Translations under genes and position numbers: made by a program
Shown here: one piece after another, positions 8,386-19,178 of the stretch
How the letters are laid out: each line of letters begins with the position of its first letter
Numbering within the stretch: the stretch's first letter is position 1
Assembly (NCBI GenBank): GCA_038748025.1
Contig: JBCDJI010000010.1
Coordinates: 69,453-133,452 of the forward strand
DNA: 64,000 bases
Direction of reading: 5' to 3'
Source of the DNA: Verrucomicrobiota bacterium
Lineage (GTDB): Bacteria; Verrucomicrobiota; Verrucomicrobiia; Methylacidiphilales; JBCBYL01
Notes under the pieces: model-generated
Seen by the model: the letters and a program-made list of their open reading frames with translations, nothing else
What the model was told of the DNA's origin: nothing
The model's database searches: none

Positions 8386-10251
8386 ATGGGTTCCGATTTT
8401 TTCAGCGAATTACGTTCTTCTTCACCGGTTCAGGATTATCTACAGCATTTGCACGATCTGTTTCAGCAGGAATCCGCGGGTGCGGTTGCCGATTACATCC
8501 CGGAACTATTCAAAGCCAATCCCGACTGGTTCGGGATCTCCATGGTAACCATGGATGGTCATGTCTACGAGGTCGGCGACACTCAAATCCCCTTTACCAT
8601 CCAGTCCATTTCCAAGCCCTTCGTCTACGGACTCGGTCTGGAGGATCACGGCCGCACCGATGTGCTCAAAAAGATCGGAGTGGAACCTTCCGGGGAAGCC
8701 TTCAATTCTATCAGTCTGCGCCCCGAAACCGGCCAGCCATTCAACCCGATGATCAATGCAGGGGCTATCGCGGCCACCGGTCTGGTTGAAGGCAGCAGTC
8801 ATGAGATCAAGTTCGACCGCATTCTCAGGATGTTTGAAAGCTATTGCGGCCATGAACTGGCCATTGATGATGCCATCTACCGTTCCGAGAGCAGTACCGG
8901 ACACCGCAATCGGGCCATTGGGTACATGCTGCGTAACTTCGGTATTCTGGGTGAAGACCCGACACCGATTCTGGAAAATTATTTCAGGCAATGCGCCATC
9001 TCCGTAACCGGCAAAGACCTGGCGGTCATCGGCGCCACTCTGGCCAACGCCGGAGTCAACCCGGTCACCGGCAGGCAAGCCGTGCGCAGTGAATACGTGG
9101 AAAACATTCTCAGCTTAATGGGCACATGCGGCATGTATGATTACGCCGGAGAGTGGATCTACAAAGTCGGTATGCCCGCAAAAAGCGGGGTGGCAGGCGG
9201 CATCGTGGCGGTACTGCCGGGTCAGCTTGGAATCGGCATCTTTTCACCACCGCTGGATGATCGCGGCAACAGCGTGCGCGGCATTCAGGCCTGTCATAAG
9301 ATCTCAATGGATTTTAACCTCCACATGTTCAACGTTCCCAACTCCACCGGATCCATTATCCGTGCTGTTTATCACGGCAACGAAGTCAGCTCGGATCGCG
9401 TGCGCCCACTGGACGAACGCGGGTTCCTGAAAGAAGCCGGTAAACGCATCCTGATCTATGAACTGCAGGGGGAATTGAATTTTGCGACTGCAGAGATCGT
9501 CCTGCGCAAAATCAATGAAGCCTTCGATAGCTTCGATTTCCTGATCATTAATCTCAAACGCGTCCTGCACATGGATGAAAGTGCGTGTAAACTCTTCTAC
9601 TCGCTCTTCCTACGCGCTCGCGGAATGAACAAGCGCGTCGTCTTCACCCACTCCGGCGACCACCGCATCCTGCGCCGCTGCTTCAGGCATCACCTGAACG
9701 AGAAAGACAAAAATATCCCGTCACAGCTCTTTATCGAAGATGCCGCCAGCGCATTAGAATATTGCGAGAACAACCTGCTGTTAGGACATTCCGGATCATA
9801 CGGTGGCGCCCGCTCCAGTAATATCAACCAGCATGAATTCTTCGAGAACCTCAAACCGGATGAAATCAAACGAATCCAACCACTGCTCAAACCCATGAGC
9901 TTTGAAGCGGACGCCCTGATCGTCCAAGCTGGATCGGAAGCGGACGAAATTTTCCTACTCAACAAAGGCACCGTTAGCGTATCAGTTTCCCTGCCCGACG
10001 GGCGCCAGCAACGACTGGCCACCTTCTCACCCGGTGTTTCCTTTGGAGAGCTGGCACTAGGCGGCAGCCGCTCCCGCTCAGCCAACATCTATGCCGATGA
10101 AAGCGTCGAATGCTGCAGCATCGCACTGGAAGACTTTCATGAGTTCTGCCTGACCCACACCGAAATCGGTATTAAACTGATGCAGAACGTCCTGCGTCTC
10201 ACTGCCTCCCGTCTCGACTCCGCCAACAAAGCCATCTCCGCTTTGGCATAA
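8386..10251 (+). CDS. glsA: Glutaminase A fused to a STAS domain and a cyclic-nucleotide-binding domain
   Basis: Residues about 20-320 are glutaminase (FTIQSISKPF Ser-x-x-Lys, NPMINAGAI, GMPAKSGVAGGI). The mid section ILIYELQGELNFATAEIV...FLIINLKRV is STAS-like. The C-terminus has FGELAL...RSANIYA, the cNMP-binding signature. Confidence 0.85.
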   Translation: MGSDFFSELRSSSPVQDYLQHLHDLFQQESAGAVADYIPELFKANPDWFGISMVTMDGHVYEVGDTQIPFTIQSISKPFVYGLGLEDHGRTDVLKKIGVEPSGEAFNSISLRPETGQPFNPMINAGAIAATGLVEGSSHEIKFDRILRMFESYCGHELAIDDAIYRSESSTGHRNRAIGYMLRNFGILGEDPTPILENYFRQCAISVTGKDLAVIGATLANAGVNPVTGRQAVRSEYVENILSLMGTCGMYDYAGEWIYKVGMPAKSGVAGGIVAVLPGQLGIGIFSPPLDDRGNSVRGIQACHKISMDFNLHMFNVPNSTGSIIRAVYHGNEVSSDRVRPLDERGFLKEAGKRILIYELQGELNFATAEIVLRKINEAFDSFDFLIINLKRVLHMDESACKLFYSLFLRARGMNKRVVFTHSGDHRILRRCFRHHLNEKDKNIPSQLFIEDAASALEYCENNLLLGHSGSYGGARSSNINQHEFFENLKPDEIKRIQPLLKPMSFEADALIVQAGSEADEIFLLNKGTVSVSVSLPDGRQQRLATFSPGVSFGELALGGSRSRSANIYADESVECCSIALEDFHEFCLTHTEIGIKLMQNVLRLTASRLDSANKAISALA

Positions 10252-10318
10252 CTACCGGTCATTGCTTCTAACCCTGTCAGCGATTGACGCTCGCTGAAGA
10301 TGCCCTAAGGATAAATGA

Positions 10319-10840
10319 ATGCCCGTTATCCCGTCCGTTACCGTCGCCGAAGCCGCCGCTGTGCTGAACTCTCCCAGCACAGCGCTCATTGATGTTCGCA
10401 CACCCGGCGAGTTTCGTGGAGAACATGCTGAAGGTGCCATTAATCTCCCGCTGGATTCTATTTCTGCTGAGGAAGTGCAACGAGCAACGGATGGAGCGTC
10501 ACACGTTTATGTAATCTGTCAGAGCGGCAAACGTTCGCTGTCCGCCTGTGAAAAGCTGGCGGCGGCTGGGATGGCTCATCTCACTAATGTGCAGGGTGGC
10601 ACCAACGCCTGGACGGATGCCCAACTTCCGGTGAAGAAGGGTCAAGGTGTCATCTCCATCGAACGCCAAGTGCGTATCGGTGCAGGACTGCTGGTATTCA
10701 CTGGGGTGTTACTGGGATTTTATGTGCATCCGCTCTGGCTGATCCTTCCCGGTTTCGCCGGGGCAGGTCTCACTTTTGCTGGGATCACGGACTTCTGCGG
10801 CATGGGACTGATATTAGCCAAGATGCCATGGAACCGCTAA
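10319..10840 (+). CDS. Rhodanese-domain sulfurtransferase with C-terminal DUF2892/YgaP-like membrane domain
   Basis: LIDVRTPGEFRGEHAEGAINLP...VICQSGKRS (active-site Cys loop), then two TM helices and ITDFCGM. Confidence 0.75.
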   Translation: MPVIPSVTVAEAAAVLNSPSTALIDVRTPGEFRGEHAEGAINLPLDSISAEEVQRATDGASHVYVICQSGKRSLSACEKLAAAGMAHLTNVQGGTNAWTDAQLPVKKGQGVISIERQVRIGAGLLVFTGVLLGFYVHPLWLILPGFAGAGLTFAGITDFCGMGLILAKMPWNR

Positions 10841-10866
10841 AGTCAGAACATAAAGGCAAGGAAGAG

Positions 10867-11928
10867 TCAAAAACTCTTTCTTCGCGTTTCCACAGCTTCC
10901 GCCAAGTTCTCCAGCACGGGGATCGTGCTGTCGAATGAGATGCAGGCATCCGTAATGCTTTGGCCGTACTTCGCCTGGCCCGCCGCATATTTCTGATTGC
11001 CCTCATGCAGGTGACTTTCCAGCATTACCCCGGCAATGTTCTTGTTGCCGTCACGGATTTGTGTGGCAATATTCTTGGCCACCACAGGCTGGCGCGTGTA
11101 GTCTTTATTGCTGTTACCATGGCTGCAATCAATCATCAACCGCGTGTTTGCTCCGGATTCCTTTAACATCGCAACCGCTGCAGCTACGTGGGCAGTCTCA
11201 TAGTTTGGGCCGGTGCGGGAGCCGCCGCGGAGGATGAGGTGGCAATCCGGATTACCATTAGTCTGAAAGATGGCAGCCACCCCTTGCTTGGTGACTGAAT
11301 CAAACCAGTGTCCATTATTAGCGGAACAAATCGCATCGACAGCAATCTTCACACTCCCGCCCGTGCCATTCTTGAAACCCACTGGCATCGACAGCCCGGA
11401 TGCCAGCTCCCGATGAATCTGACTTTCCGTGGTGCGCGCCCCAATCGCGCCCCAGGCAACTGCATCGGCAATAAACTGCGGGATAATGGTGTCGAGAAAT
11501 TCCGTGGCGCATGGCAGTCCCAGCGCATTGACTTCCAGCAACAAGGCCCGTGCCATACGCAAACCTTGGTTGATCTGGAAACTGTTATCGAGAAAGGGGT
11601 CGTTGATCAGACCTTTCCAGCCAACCACAGTGCGCGGTTTCTCGAAATACACCCGCATCACCAGCAGCAATTCCTGTTTCAGTGACTCTGCCAGAGGTTT
11701 CAGTTTTTCTACATATTCAATGGCAGCCTCTGGATCGTGAATCGAACATGGTCCGACTACAACGACCAACCGTTCATCTCTGCCCTGGAAGACATCACTG
11801 ATTTCCTGCCGCGAGTTCCTTACAACGCCTGCCGCTTTTTCACTCAAAGGCAGGTCTTCCAATAGAATGGCGGGCGGGACTAGCGGGCGCAGCGCTGCGA
11901 TACGGATGTCATCAATGGGGGTGCTCAT
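10867..11928 (-). CDS. aroG: 3-deoxy-7-phosphoheptulonate (DAHP) synthase, class I
   Basis: 353 aa, collinear with E. coli AroG/F/H (DDIRI...LVVVVGPCSIHDPEAAIEY...IDCSHGNS). Confidence 0.9.
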   Translation of the reverse strand: MSTPIDDIRIAALRPLVPPAILLEDLPLSEKAAGVVRNSRQEISDVFQGRDERLVVVVGPCSIHDPEAAIEYVEKLKPLAESLKQELLLVMRVYFEKPRTVVGWKGLINDPFLDNSFQINQGLRMARALLLEVNALGLPCATEFLDTIIPQFIADAVAWGAIGARTTESQIHRELASGLSMPVGFKNGTGGSVKIAVDAICSANNGHWFDSVTKQGVAAIFQTNGNPDCHLILRGGSRTGPNYETAHVAAAVAMLKESGANTRLMIDCSHGNSNKDYTRQPVVAKNIATQIRDGNKNIAGVMLESHLHEGNQKYAAGQAKYGQSITDACISFDSTIPVLENLAEAVETRRKSF

Positions 11929-11990
11929 GCCGGAAGATTATGTTACTAGATAATTGGGTCATGATTTAAAATAACAAAAATGGGCGGAGA

Positions 11991-12530
11991 TCAGCCTGTC
12001 AAGAGTGCTGTTTCCACCTCATCGTGCAACCGGGAAAAGCGCCGATCATCCAATACCGGTTTTCCGGTCAGGGAAAATGGTGCGGGCGGCAGAGCAACCA
12101 TGCTACGACATCCTCCCAGCGACTCCTCGTCTGCCAGCTGCCAGGGATTAGGCAATTGATAGACCCGTAGCAAGATCAGCCAAAGCGCCGGGGGATGATT
12201 CTGTTCAAAGCGTTTCTGCACCAGTTCCGGCTGGTAAATATGAAAAGGCTCCAGTCGCTGCAGCATTTCGGGTTTGTTGATACACATTACCTTAACCATT
12301 TCTGCCCATGAACGGATCTGCCACCGTATCACAGGTTGATCTGCACCTTCCGGTAACCGTCGCACCTGGTGGAGCGCTTCATGATAATCGTTGGGCATCA
12401 GGAAAAATCTTTCTGGCAGGTCGTTGTACCACTTGGTGACGTCGTGGATACCTCCCGCCCGCAATAGCAATGACTGCCACCCGCATTCCAGTGCCCGGCA
12501 GATCACATCCCATTCTTTGAAACCATGCAT
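11991..12530 (-). CDS. DUF1802-like conserved hypothetical protein
   Basis: 179 aa. The N-terminus FKEWDVICRALECGWQSLLLRAGGI matches my recollection of DUF1802. Confidence 0.45.
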   Translation of the reverse strand: MHGFKEWDVICRALECGWQSLLLRAGGIHDVTKWYNDLPERFFLMPNDYHEALHQVRRLPEGADQPVIRWQIRSWAEMVKVMCINKPEMLQRLEPFHIYQPELVQKRFEQNHPPALWLILLRVYQLPNPWQLADEESLGGCRSMVALPPAPFSLTGKPVLDDRRFSRLHDEVETALLTG

Positions 12531-12630
12531 ACTTCCAGTTTAATGGATGCTGATCCGGTAACAATCGCAAATCGAATCCTGAATATCTATTTGAGATTGT
12601 CACACCCGGGGGATTCGGGAAAATGCTGCC

Positions 12631-13686
12631 ATGACTTTTTCGTCCTATATGGAGATCAATATCCTGATCGACATGTTTCTTATCCTTATTCTGACCGCCG
12701 TAGTGCTGCCGCGCGCACCCAAGCTTTATGTAGCAATGCTGCTGCTTAATCTGGCGCAGTATGCTGTCATCATCCCTCATATCTCGGGCGATGACGCACC
12801 GATCCGCTTCGGCTGGTCAGACGGACAGAATGATTCTCCCACTGGCAGGCACAGCCTGCCTGCCAGCAATCCGCTGGAACTGATGGGACGAGCCCAGACA
12901 GCTTTTTCCACCGTATCAGGTGCCATGAGCGGCGGCGGCGGTATCAAGACCCGGGACGAAAACGCGGGAAAAAGCGTGCTACGCAAGCTTGAAACCGCTC
13001 CCGTCCCTGCACGTGGCGAACCTGCCTCCGGCCGATCTCATCGCGTCACATTGGCATGGCAGGAGGTTATGCAGGCAGCCATCCATGATCCGCACGCCAT
13101 GTGGCTCGGCATGCGTGTCTTCTGGCTGGCTGCCGCATTCATGCTTTTTATCCAGCGTCCACTCTTCGGTATGGCAGCTGCATGCTCGAATTTGATTCCT
13201 GTGCCATTTCTGGTGACAGCCGGCCCTTATCTATATCATCAATTCAACCGTCAGGAAGCAGTTCAACGCGCCAACGCAGCCGTTGAGGATTCTGAAACGC
13301 TGAAGGAATATCTGATAGAGTTTGCCACATCGAATGGTTTGGCCGTGCTGCTGTTGGCTATTATGATCCTGGGCGGAATAGCTCTGCTGCAGCGCCGCCA
13401 TCGCCTCCGGGCGCTGAAGCAGCTCAAACAGCTGGAGCGTTTTCTTGACAGTTCCCGCTACCGGGCCGAACTCAACGGCACGGAATATGATTTCTGTATG
13501 GATCACAATATTCTCATGATCAATGGGCTCCGCTTTAATGTCGATGCGATGAGACCGGACTTAGAAATCTCCAACAAATGGTTCATTAAACCCCACAATG
13601 TTCTGGTTTTTATTCCCAGGGAAGATCCCACCGCCGTCGACGGAAGACTCAATAAACCGCGCTACAGCTACCAGCGCAAAAACTGA
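12631..13686 (+). CDS. Hypothetical membrane protein
   Basis: 351-aa ORF with several hydrophobic helices. No known motif. Start uncertain. Confidence 0.4.
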   Translation: MTFSSYMEINILIDMFLILILTAVVLPRAPKLYVAMLLLNLAQYAVIIPHISGDDAPIRFGWSDGQNDSPTGRHSLPASNPLELMGRAQTAFSTVSGAMSGGGGIKTRDENAGKSVLRKLETAPVPARGEPASGRSHRVTLAWQEVMQAAIHDPHAMWLGMRVFWLAAAFMLFIQRPLFGMAAACSNLIPVPFLVTAGPYLYHQFNRQEAVQRANAAVEDSETLKEYLIEFATSNGLAVLLLAIMILGGIALLQRRHRLRALKQLKQLERFLDSSRYRAELNGTEYDFCMDHNILMINGLRFNVDAMRPDLEISNKWFIKPHNVLVFIPREDPTAVDGRLNKPRYSYQRKN

Positions 13687-13723
13687 ATCAAACCTGATTT
13701 TTCATCTCAGCCTTGACTCCTGA

Positions 13724-14515
<792 letters not shown>

Positions 14516-14567
14516 TCATCTGCTTTTACACTGGGAAATTTTAAATTATTTGAAGAAGGAGAACCTC

Positions 14568-15128
14568 ATGCCTGTAGATGACATCTTACTGGAAGCGGAA
14601 GAAAAGATGGAAAAAAGTGTAACCAAGGTGCAGGAGGACTTTCACGGTGTCCGCACCGGTAAAGCCTCACCTCAACTCGTTGAAAACATCCGGGTAGACT
14701 GCTACGGCACCAAAATGACGATGAAGGAAGTTGCAGGTATTACTTGCCCGGAACCACGAATGATTCTGATCCAGCCCTGGGACGCGGCTTCGGTTGATCC
14801 CATCCGCAAGGCGATCGAAGAATCCAATCTGGGTATTACTCCTATGGTCGACGGGAAACTGATTCGTCTTCCCATCCCGGAACTCTCCGAAGAACGCCGC
14901 CGCGACCTAACCAAGATTGTGAAGAAAATTTCAGAAGACGGCCGAATCTCCGTGCGCCACAACCGTCGCGAGGCCATGGACTCCCTGAAGAAAGAGCAGA
15001 AGACCGGTGAAATCACTGAAGATGATCAGTCTTTAGGTGAAAAAGAAGTTCAGAAACTGACCGACACTTATGTCGGAAAGATTGATGAACTCTTTGAGAA
15101 AAAAGAAAAAGACCTGATGACGGTATAA
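14568..15128 (+). CDS. frr: Ribosome recycling factor
   Basis: RTGKASPQLVENIRVDCYG...LNPMVDG-type sequence. The ATG at 14568 is preceded by AAGGAG and is preferred over the track TTG at 14550. Confidence 0.95.
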   Translation: MPVDDILLEAEEKMEKSVTKVQEDFHGVRTGKASPQLVENIRVDCYGTKMTMKEVAGITCPEPRMILIQPWDAASVDPIRKAIEESNLGITPMVDGKLIRLPIPELSEERRRDLTKIVKKISEDGRISVRHNRREAMDSLKKEQKTGEITEDDQSLGEKEVQKLTDTYVGKIDELFEKKEKDLMTV

Positions 15129-15239
15129 CGGTTATCCCAGGCTGCATTGCAGCCTGGAAAAACTGTTGCCTCTGCGTCGGCTCTACATTGACGCCCATCC
15201 AGAGTCCCTGCATGCTGCCTGTACCAGTATGTTACCGGG

Positions 15240-15680
15240 ATGAAAATTCTCTTCACATTGATCTTGTTACTGTTCAAATCCTCATGGGTTTTAACAGCTC
15301 AGACCTATTCGGAACAACTGCCCATCCGAATCTATACACCGACCGGTTGGATGCTGGAAGTGCGCCCGAACGGATCCGGCACTTTAATCTGGCAGCAGGA
15401 ACCCTTTCCCTCTGCAACCGCCAGACCCTATACTTTTAATTATCTAATGCTGATTGAGGAGTTGAAGTCGCGCCCTGAAGGCGACTCCCGGTATCACTAC
15501 GCCATTGGCACCGCCCAGTCTGTCAACAAAATCACCGCACCGAAGGATTCCCCTTTTCTGTTCAAGGCACTATTCAAGGCAGCACGTATTCTGTACTCTG
15601 AGAACACTGAAGGCTTCTATCGGGCTCGTATCACGAACCCGATTTTCACCGACCAGCAGCGAACAGATCGTAAACCGTAA
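15240..15680 (+). CDS. Hypothetical secreted protein
   Basis: 146 aa with a signal peptide (MKILFTLILLLFKSSWVLTAQ). Confidence 0.45.
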   Translation: MKILFTLILLLFKSSWVLTAQTYSEQLPIRIYTPTGWMLEVRPNGSGTLIWQQEPFPSATARPYTFNYLMLIEELKSRPEGDSRYHYAIGTAQSVNKITAPKDSPFLFKALFKAARILYSENTEGFYRARITNPIFTDQQRTDRKP

Positions 15681-15821
15681 CCGAAGAGCTGACATCCTGC
15701 CTGCTGGCCTGCGACAGAACGTTCCGTGCCGCACGGAAGCCCCGTTGCCTGACATCTCCACTTTGGATTTGCTGCCACGGATTGATCTCAAAAAACTATT
15801 CGCTACAGCTGTCAGTTTGTA

Positions 15822-16103
15822 TTGATTCCGGGACAACCGAATACTATGTTGCTCTGGAGGGAATACGCTATGCCTATCACGACAAATCTTGTGCGAATCG
15901 ATGATCAATACATCAACATGGATTGCGTCAAATTCGTAGCTGTGCGAGCGGAAGAAATCGATTTTTTTTTCACCGACGGCACGACCCAGACTTTCAGTGG
16001 TGATTCGATCCATCATCATGCAATCGCCAGCTGGCTAGAAAGCATCAGTGCCAATATAGGTCGACGCATAGGTGAATCCGGTCGAATCCCCCGCGGAAAT
16101 TAG
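15822..16103 (+). CDS. Hypothetical protein
   Basis: 93-aa ORF with no motif. Confidence 0.25.
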   Translation: MIPGQPNTMLLWREYAMPITTNLVRIDDQYINMDCVKFVAVRAEEIDFFFTDGTTQTFSGDSIHHHAIASWLESISANIGRRIGESGRIPRGN

Positions 16104-16174
16104 CTCCCGTCACTCTGCTTTCAGACCTTTTTTTAGTACACAAAGCGCGCTTTTTACGTTAAGTACCGTAAAAT

Positions 16175-16645
16175 ATGCATCTGAGAGAATTCGGAATGGC
16201 AGACGCCAAGGCAATTGAGGAAGCCAGGGGCGTCTCCGGTCGGCATACCTCTTTATGTCATCAGGACTGGGCGGAATACTTCTCCCGATCAGGTAATCGC
16301 GGTTGGGGTGGCTATCTGGATCAGCAGCTGATGGGTACAATTTTTTTGCAGGCGGATCCGCAACATCCGACTCATGTGCTGATACGTGGCTTGTGGGTAG
16401 GCGAAGCTCATCGAGGTAACGGTTATGGCCGTGCACTGGTCTCCTTTGCCTTAGATTTTGCAGACGCGGAGTGTTACCGGGTAGTCAAGCTGTGGGTGTC
16501 AGAGTTCAATACCCCGGCTGCCATGCTGTATCGAGGAATGGATTTTGTGCCAACCGGACGGCTGCGCGCGTCCGCACACGACCCGTTTCATCACTTGCAG
16601 CAATTTATGCTGAATCTGAGGCATCCGTCCATGCTTCACGCCTGA
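16175..16645 (+). CDS. GNAT family N-acetyltransferase
   Basis: LWVGEAHRGNGYGRALV is the acetyl-CoA-binding Q/RxxGxG/A motif. 156 aa. Confidence 0.7.
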   Translation: MHLREFGMADAKAIEEARGVSGRHTSLCHQDWAEYFSRSGNRGWGGYLDQQLMGTIFLQADPQHPTHVLIRGLWVGEAHRGNGYGRALVSFALDFADAECYRVVKLWVSEFNTPAAMLYRGMDFVPTGRLRASAHDPFHHLQQFMLNLRHPSMLHA

Positions 16646-17874
16646 TCCTTGATTTCCGGCGCATCTGCAACGTCAGATGATTTCCGAGAAGTTTCTTTTG
16701 CCTGATCTGCCCGTTTTTCGTCTTGCGACTCCAGATGCTCAATATCCATAGGCCATTGGGAAAGTAAAACGGCCACCCACCTCAAGTCGGCAGTATTTTC
16801 CAGCATAATTTTGACAACCATTGTCAAGGGCACGGAGAGCAACATTCCGATCGGCCCCCAGACCCAACCCCAGAAAATCAGCGATAGTACGATGACCACC
16901 GTAGAAAGACCCAGCCGACGTCCCATCAGCATCGGCTCCACAAAATTCCCGAAAATCACATTAGCCGCTACGTACAGACAGGCCACCGAGATAACCCTGC
17001 CCCAGTCAATCAGTAAGCCGGCATCCGTTGCGGTCGTAAGCAGCATATCGCTACCCGGCTGGATCACAGCCAGCATCAGTGCCGGCACCGATGCAATCAC
17101 CGAACCAATGGTGGGTACATAGTTCAGAGCAAAAGCGACGAGCCCCCACAGCACCGGGAAATCCAAGCCGATAAAATACGTTCCCAGCCCGATCACAACA
17201 CCCGTGCCCAGACTAACCAGAGTTTTAATACCAAGATACTGAACAATTTCCCGCGTTATCTTCTGAAAACGTCCCGGGTCCGAATCGTTACCTTTTTGTC
17301 CCATAATAAACCGGAACTTCTCCGGAATAGTAGTCGCTTCACCCAGGACAAAAATCATGATCAGCACAACCAGAAATCCACTGGAAAGAACCGACATCAC
17401 CTGCCCGAGTGTATCCTGCGCAATCGTTAATAATGCTGCCGGATTGATCAGATCGACCGTGATGTATTCTGCTCCAGGCAGTGTGCCCTCCTGCAATTGC
17501 CTTTGCACCGAATTTACCAGCAACTCAAATTTCTTCACATATTTGGGTGCATGCTCCCGGAAATCAGAGACGGACTGGATTGCCAGCAGCACGATCGCAG
17601 TCACTACAGCAAGGTTAACCAGCACTGCACCGAGAATCGAGAGCCACGTTGGAACGCCTTTTCCTTTCAACCAGAATAGAACTGGGAAACTCAGCACTGC
17701 CAAGAACAACGCCAGAAAGAACGGCACCATGATAGAGGCGGAGAGTTTTAAACCGGCCACCACCACTACCAGTGCGGCGGCGGTAAAAAGCATCTTGGCA
17801 CCCTTTTGTTCATCTGCGGAATTTGCCGTTGAGGGAGATGTCATATATCTTTGGGGTCTTGATACTCCCATCAC
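16636..17874 (-). CDS. AI-2E family transporter (PerM/YhhT-like permease)
   Basis: 412-aa polytopic protein. ALNYVPTIGSVIA...FWGWVWGPIGMLLSVPLT is characteristic of the family. The start may be an internal Met. Confidence 0.8.
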   Translation of the reverse strand: MMGVSRPQRYMTSPSTANSADEQKGAKMLFTAAALVVVVAGLKLSASIMVPFFLALFLAVLSFPVLFWLKGKGVPTWLSILGAVLVNLAVVTAIVLLAIQSVSDFREHAPKYVKKFELLVNSVQRQLQEGTLPGAEYITVDLINPAALLTIAQDTLGQVMSVLSSGFLVVLIMIFVLGEATTIPEKFRFIMGQKGNDSDPGRFQKITREIVQYLGIKTLVSLGTGVVIGLGTYFIGLDFPVLWGLVAFALNYVPTIGSVIASVPALMLAVIQPGSDMLLTTATDAGLLIDWGRVISVACLYVAANVIFGNFVEPMLMGRRLGLSTVVIVLSLIFWGWVWGPIGMLLSVPLTMVVKIMLENTADLRWVAVLLSQWPMDIEHLESQDEKRADQAKETSRKSSDVADAPEIKDQA

Positions 17875-18557
17875 ACATTGCCCGCAAACGTATCATTGAC
17901 AAGGACAGATCTCTTTCAGAGACTGCTCGCTTGTTACGATATTATTTTTCTATTATATTATTGTTAGTATTTCTGCTCATTCCCGCTAGTTACGCCCAGA
18001 TGTCGCGAGAACAAGCCATGCAGCTGGAACAACTCATTATCGATGGAAAACTCGATCAGGCGGAGTTGGCTTATCAGGCTGTGCTGGAAGAACACCCCGG
18101 CTCGCTGCTCGCACTTTCTAATCTGGGAGTGGTCTATTACCAGAAGAATGAAATCTTTGAAGCCATCCGCGTACTGAGCAGGGCCGTTAAAATTGCCCCT
18201 AAAGACGGTTTTTCTCACCGCACCCTCGGCATGTGTTACCTGAAAGTGGATGAATTGGATTTGGCGATTACTTCGCTCGAAATGGCCATAAAGCTGAATG
18301 CTACAGACTATCGCGCGCATAATTTCATGGGGATCGTCGCCACCAAAAAGGGGTGGTGGAAAACTGCCGAGGCAGAATGCCGCCGTGCTATTGAACTTAA
18401 TAAGGATTATGCCGATGCTTATTTTAATCTGGCGGTAGTATATAGCCTACAGGACCCACCTCGTAAAGTTCTGGGCGCCAGGGCTTACCGCGAAGCAATT
18501 GCTCTCGGCGCCGAGCGAGCGGACAAGCTGGAAAAGAAACTCGGGGTGGAATTTTAA
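17823..18557 (+). CDS. Tetratricopeptide repeat protein, secreted
   Basis: Signal-like LLLVFLLIPASYAQ, then several TPR units (AELAYQAVLEEHP..., LNKDYADAYFNLAVVY). The true start is probably downstream of 17823 because it overlaps the divergent gene. Confidence 0.7.
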   Translation: MPLREMSYIFGVLILPSHIARKRIIDKDRSLSETARLLRYYFSIILLLVFLLIPASYAQMSREQAMQLEQLIIDGKLDQAELAYQAVLEEHPGSLLALSNLGVVYYQKNEIFEAIRVLSRAVKIAPKDGFSHRTLGMCYLKVDELDLAITSLEMAIKLNATDYRAHNFMGIVATKKGWWKTAEAECRRAIELNKDYADAYFNLAVVYSLQDPPRKVLGARAYREAIALGAERADKLEKKLGVEF

Positions 18558-18640
18558 AAAAATAACATTTAATTTGAACGGCAGCGTCACAATCCGGTCT
18601 AATTTGATATACATAGATTTATTTTTGTTTTTCTCCTCTT

Positions 18641-18675
18641 AAAAAACCCGGAAGTATAAATTCCGGGTTTTTTGT
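18641..18675 (+). terminator. Rho-independent terminator after the TPR gene
   Basis: aaaaaACCCGGAAgtataaaTTCCGGGTtttttg. Confidence 0.75.
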
Positions 18676-18738
18676 GTCATCAGATCGGCGTGAATTCCCC
18701 TTGCCCGCAGACTCAAAGCCGCTTTTAATCACTATATT

Positions 18739-19128
18739 ATGCAGCAATCGAGTTTTTTTATTCTCCTGGTTTTTGGCTGGGCACTCACCGCCCTGCTCAA
18801 TGCCACAGATTCAGGTGCATCGACTGCTGCACAGATCACCGCATCCATTCCGGATGGTTACGTGCTCTACGTGACTCAGCCCAATGGCTGGGGAGATACT
18901 AAAGAGGCTGCCATCCGGGATTTGAGAAAACGCATCCTGCCCTGGTATCAGAAAACCTTCGGAAACCGTCCTGGATTTTACGTCGATTGGTCTTGGTATG
19001 CACTGGTCGAAGTGGCCGATGGACGGGAGTGGCAGGCCGATGGACGGGTCGGCTGGTATGTTCCTAAAGCAGTCGCCGCCAGCCCGAAACCCAAAAGGTC
19101 CAAGTTCAGTCATCTTCGCACTAAGTAG
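18739..19128 (+). CDS. Hypothetical secreted protein
   Basis: 129 aa with a signal peptide (FFILLVFGWALTALLNA). Confidence 0.45.
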   Translation: MQQSSFFILLVFGWALTALLNATDSGASTAAQITASIPDGYVLYVTQPNGWGDTKEAAIRDLRKRILPWYQKTFGNRPGFYVDWSWYALVEVADGREWQADGRVGWYVPKAVAASPKPKRSKFSHLRTK

Positions 19129-19178
19129 AACGCGATTTCACTCTTTACCCTGCTCTCGGTAGCTTTCAAGATCCCCTC

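Noticed and set aside
17357-17899. 180-aa ORF on the plus strand
   Set aside because: It is antisense to the AI-2E transporter gene. The sense-strand protein has clear family signatures.
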